From: an uncultured Verrucomicrobiae bacterium
GTDB lineage: Bacteria > Verrucomicrobiota > Verrucomicrobiia > Chthoniobacterales > Chthoniobacteraceae
Reading direction: 5' to 3'
Assembly (NCBI GenBank): GCA_963769025.1
Contig: CAVYKI010000009.1
Coordinates: 448,001-512,000, forward strand
Length of the DNA: 64,000 nucleotides
Position numbers and translations under genes: made by a program. Shown in pieces: positions 61,781 through 64,000 of this stretch (positions are counted from its first letter, which is position 1; every line of letters starts with the position of its first letter). Under the pieces are notes generated by a model, which was not told the DNA's origin, ran no database searches, and saw only the letters and a program-made list of their open reading frames with translations.

Positions 61781-63514
61781 TCACTCGTCCGTCAGCGTCT
61801 TGAGGAATGCGATGAGGGCGCGCTGATCGGCGGGGCTCAGGTGCAGGCCCCCGTCGGGATGTTTGCCGAGGTTCGGATCGAGCGTTGGGCTGCGCTTCAC
61901 GCCGGTGCTGTAGTGGGCGACCACTTCCTCCAGCGTGGCGAAGCGTCCGTCGTGCATATAGGGCGCGGTCCGGGAGACGTTGCGCAGGCTGGGCGTCGAG
62001 AATTTACCGCGGTCGGATTCCAGCATCGTGATGCGGAAGCGGCCGGGGTCGTCGTCGTCCGGTGCGATGCCGTTGTTGTGAAATTGATGGTCGGAAAAGA
62101 GCGGGCCGCCGTGGCAGTGGAAGCAGTCGGCGCCGCGCTGTCCGGTGCGCGGATCAAATTCCGTCATGAACAGCTCGAAGCCGCGCTTTTCGTCGTCCGC
62201 AAGCGTCGCTTTTCCCCGCAGCGCGCGGTCGAACTTTGCGTCGAACGACGTGAGCGTGAGGAGGAATTGCTCGACGGCGAGGCCGAGCTTTTCCGGCGTG
62301 ATGTCCCGTGAACCGAATGCGGCTGCGAATAGCGCCGGATAGGCGGGGATGGCGGCGAGCTTCGCGGTCACCCGTTCGAGCGTTTCATCCAGTTCGGTGT
62401 GATCTTCGATCGGCATGAGCGCCTGCGTGCGGAGCGACGGTGCGCGGCCGTCCCAAAAGAAGCTCGTCTTCCAAGCGAGGTTGAAAAGGGGCATGGAGTT
62501 GCGCGTGCCCTTCTTCCCGCGCACGCCGAGGCTGAAGCGGCGCGCGTCGGTGAAGGCGAAATTGGAAACGTGGCAGGATGCGCACGAGAGTGTGTTGTCG
62601 CGGGAGAGGGCAGTCTCGTTGAAGAGCGCCTTGCCGAGCGCGACGCGCTCCTCGATGAGCGGATTGTCGCGCGGCAGGTGGGGGATGGGAAAAGCAGCGC
62701 TCATCGTGAAGCGGTACGGCGTGAACTTTTCCGGAAGGTACAGCGGCTTCAGCGGAGATGGCCTGCTGATCGCGGGCGCGGCGGAGAGGACCTGCGTGAC
62801 GCGGAAGGCACCCGGGAGATTGGCAACGAGGGAGGCGGCGACAGGATCGCCGTCGCGCGAGTGTGTGGAAGTGCCATCCTTTTCAAACGAGAGCGGGCGC
62901 GGGGCGTTGAGCAGCGTGCCGAGGTCGAAGTCGAGGAGCACCCCGGCGTCGTGCGTGAGGTCGAGCGGTGCTGCGAGGCTGATGCGGGTGCGGTTTGGAT
63001 CGCGCGCGAGGTGGTGCGCGTAGCCCTTCAGTTCCGCCGACACGGTGCGGAAGTGGCCCTCTACGGCGAGGAAGATATAGCCGGTCTGCCAGGTCCAGTG
63101 CAGTCCGTTGAGGTTGGGATTCAGCGGATGATCCGCGGCGAGCTTCGCCGGGTCCGAGGTGTTCGCCTCTGCATCGGGTCCGAGGTGAAAACGCAGCGCG
63201 CGATATTTTCCCGGCGGCAATCCATCGAGGCGGATGCCCGTGCGCCGCTTTGCCGCGTCCATCCACGCGTATTGCCCGGGCACTTCGATCCACGCGCCAT
63301 CGTCGCGCTCGATGGCGAATCCGCCGAGGAGGTAGCTGACCCGCGTGAAGGACAGCGTCTCTCTCGCGCCATTCTGATAGCGCAGCGAATCGAGCAGCAG
63401 CGGGTCGCCGTTGAACGTGTGCCGCACCGAAATCTCCAGCATCGCGCCGGATGCCATGTGAAACTGGAACAACAGCGCGACGAATGCGAAAAGGAGCGGG
63501 TGCCGGGTGTTCAT
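61781..63514 (-). CDS. MbnP-like domain fused to MbnH/MauG-like di-heme cytochrome c peroxidase
   Basis: One uninterrupted ORF: signal peptide; GKYRALRFHLG..HWTWQTGYIFLAVEG; then LGKALFNE..CASCH, RNSMPLFN, FWDGR, CFHCH, TPSLRN..APYMHDG..VVAHY. Confidence 0.85.
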   Translation of the reverse strand: MNTRHPLLFAFVALLFQFHMASGAMLEISVRHTFNGDPLLLDSLRYQNGARETLSFTRVSYLLGGFAIERDDGAWIEVPGQYAWMDAAKRRTGIRLDGLPPGKYRALRFHLGPDAEANTSDPAKLAADHPLNPNLNGLHWTWQTGYIFLAVEGHFRTVSAELKGYAHHLARDPNRTRISLAAPLDLTHDAGVLLDFDLGTLLNAPRPLSFEKDGTSTHSRDGDPVAASLVANLPGAFRVTQVLSAAPAISRPSPLKPLYLPEKFTPYRFTMSAAFPIPHLPRDNPLIEERVALGKALFNETALSRDNTLSCASCHVSNFAFTDARRFSLGVRGKKGTRNSMPLFNLAWKTSFFWDGRAPSLRTQALMPIEDHTELDETLERVTAKLAAIPAYPALFAAAFGSRDITPEKLGLAVEQFLLTLTSFDAKFDRALRGKATLADDEKRGFELFMTEFDPRTGQRGADCFHCHGGPLFSDHQFHNNGIAPDDDDPGRFRITMLESDRGKFSTPSLRNVSRTAPYMHDGRFATLEEVVAHYSTGVKRSPTLDPNLGKHPDGGLHLSPADQRALIAFLKTLTDE

Positions 63515-63602
63515 GAGATTGTTCGCTGGCGGGCGCACCCGCCAATGTGCCTGCGCCATTCCGCAAGGCCACTGCTTCCTGCGGCCCCGCGTCCTGCCCG
63601 GG

Positions 63603-64000
63603 TCATTGGGTTTCCGTCACGACGCCGTAATATGCGGATCCTGCGGGCGGTGCGGGATCGGTGAAGGTAAGATCCGCGCCGCTGAGCGAACTGGTCGCGC
63701 CGCTCACGGGCGCCCAGAAGCCGGCGGTGAGATCGGTGCAACGCCAGAGGTCTGAGTGGTGCCCGCATTTTGCGGAACAGTCATCACGTAGGCGGCGCCG
63801 GCGAAGCGCGGGTTGGTGCCACTCGTCGCGGTCGCCGTGGTGTAGCGCCCGAGGTTGATAGCGCAGGCGGTAGTAGTGGCTCTGCTGCGTCGCGGTCATC
63901 GCACCGATGCCTCCGGCGAGGAGGTTCGTGGTTTCGTACGGGTCGGCTTGGAGATCGTAAAATTCATCCGTGCCGGTGCGATTGCGGATGATCTTGTAGC
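63603..64000 (-). CDS. C-terminal end of a probable sulfatase-like secreted protein, partial and frameshifted
   Basis: YKIIRN..DEFYDLQADPYETTNLL (sulfatase C-terminal pattern), followed by LWRCTDL..W..FTDPAPP..YYGV. Confidence 0.6.
   Translation of the reverse strand, partial: YKIIRNRTGTDEFYDLQADPYETTNLLAGGIGAMTATQQSHYYRLRYQPRALHHGDRDEWHQPALRRRRLRDDCSAKCGHHSDLWRCTDLTAGFWAPVSGATSSLSGADLTFTDPAPPAGSAYYGVVTETQ

Noticed and set aside
61781..64000. Methanobactin biosynthetic cluster
   Set aside because: No mbnA, mbnB, mbnC or mbnT visible; only the MbnP/MbnH-like fusion is supported

Overview
GC-rich, gene-dense bacterial chromosomal window. The gene content (PSD1/planctomycete cytochrome c, DUF1501, DUF6797, DUF1080, PVC-type propeller dehydrogenase) points to the PVC superphylum, probably Verrucomicrobiota; this taxonomic call is inference. 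It holds about 48 CDS and one tRNA-Arg(CCT). Housekeeping and envelope genes include acnA, pyrG, kdsB, gmhB, rfaE1/hldA, UDP-glucuronate decarboxylase and tatA, alongside many secreted carbohydrate, sulfate and redox proteins. I found no CRISPR, rRNA, integrase or transposase. Indels cluster in patches (about 28.4-28.8, 46.3-47.2, 52.2-53.7, 57.4-61.6 and 63.7-63.9 kb), including in normally essential pyrG, so they are most likely long-read consensus errors. Best leads: (1) an STT3/AglB-like oligosaccharyltransferase that keeps the putative catalytic acids but has WWMSP in place of WWDYG; (2) a single-chain MbnP-MbnH fusion outside any visible methanobactin cluster; (3) a sulfocyanin-like cupredoxin with His at the axial Met position, paired with a PQQ-type sugar dehydrogenase; (4) a bactofilin with two zinc ribbons; (5) a deoxyhypusine-synthase-like gene coupled to the heptose kinase; (6) a GHMP-kinase/UDP-sugar-pyrophosphorylase fusion; (7) GTAG REP/REPIN elements, one supplying both stop codons of a convergent gene pair. 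All family calls come from recognising motifs by eye; no database searches were run.
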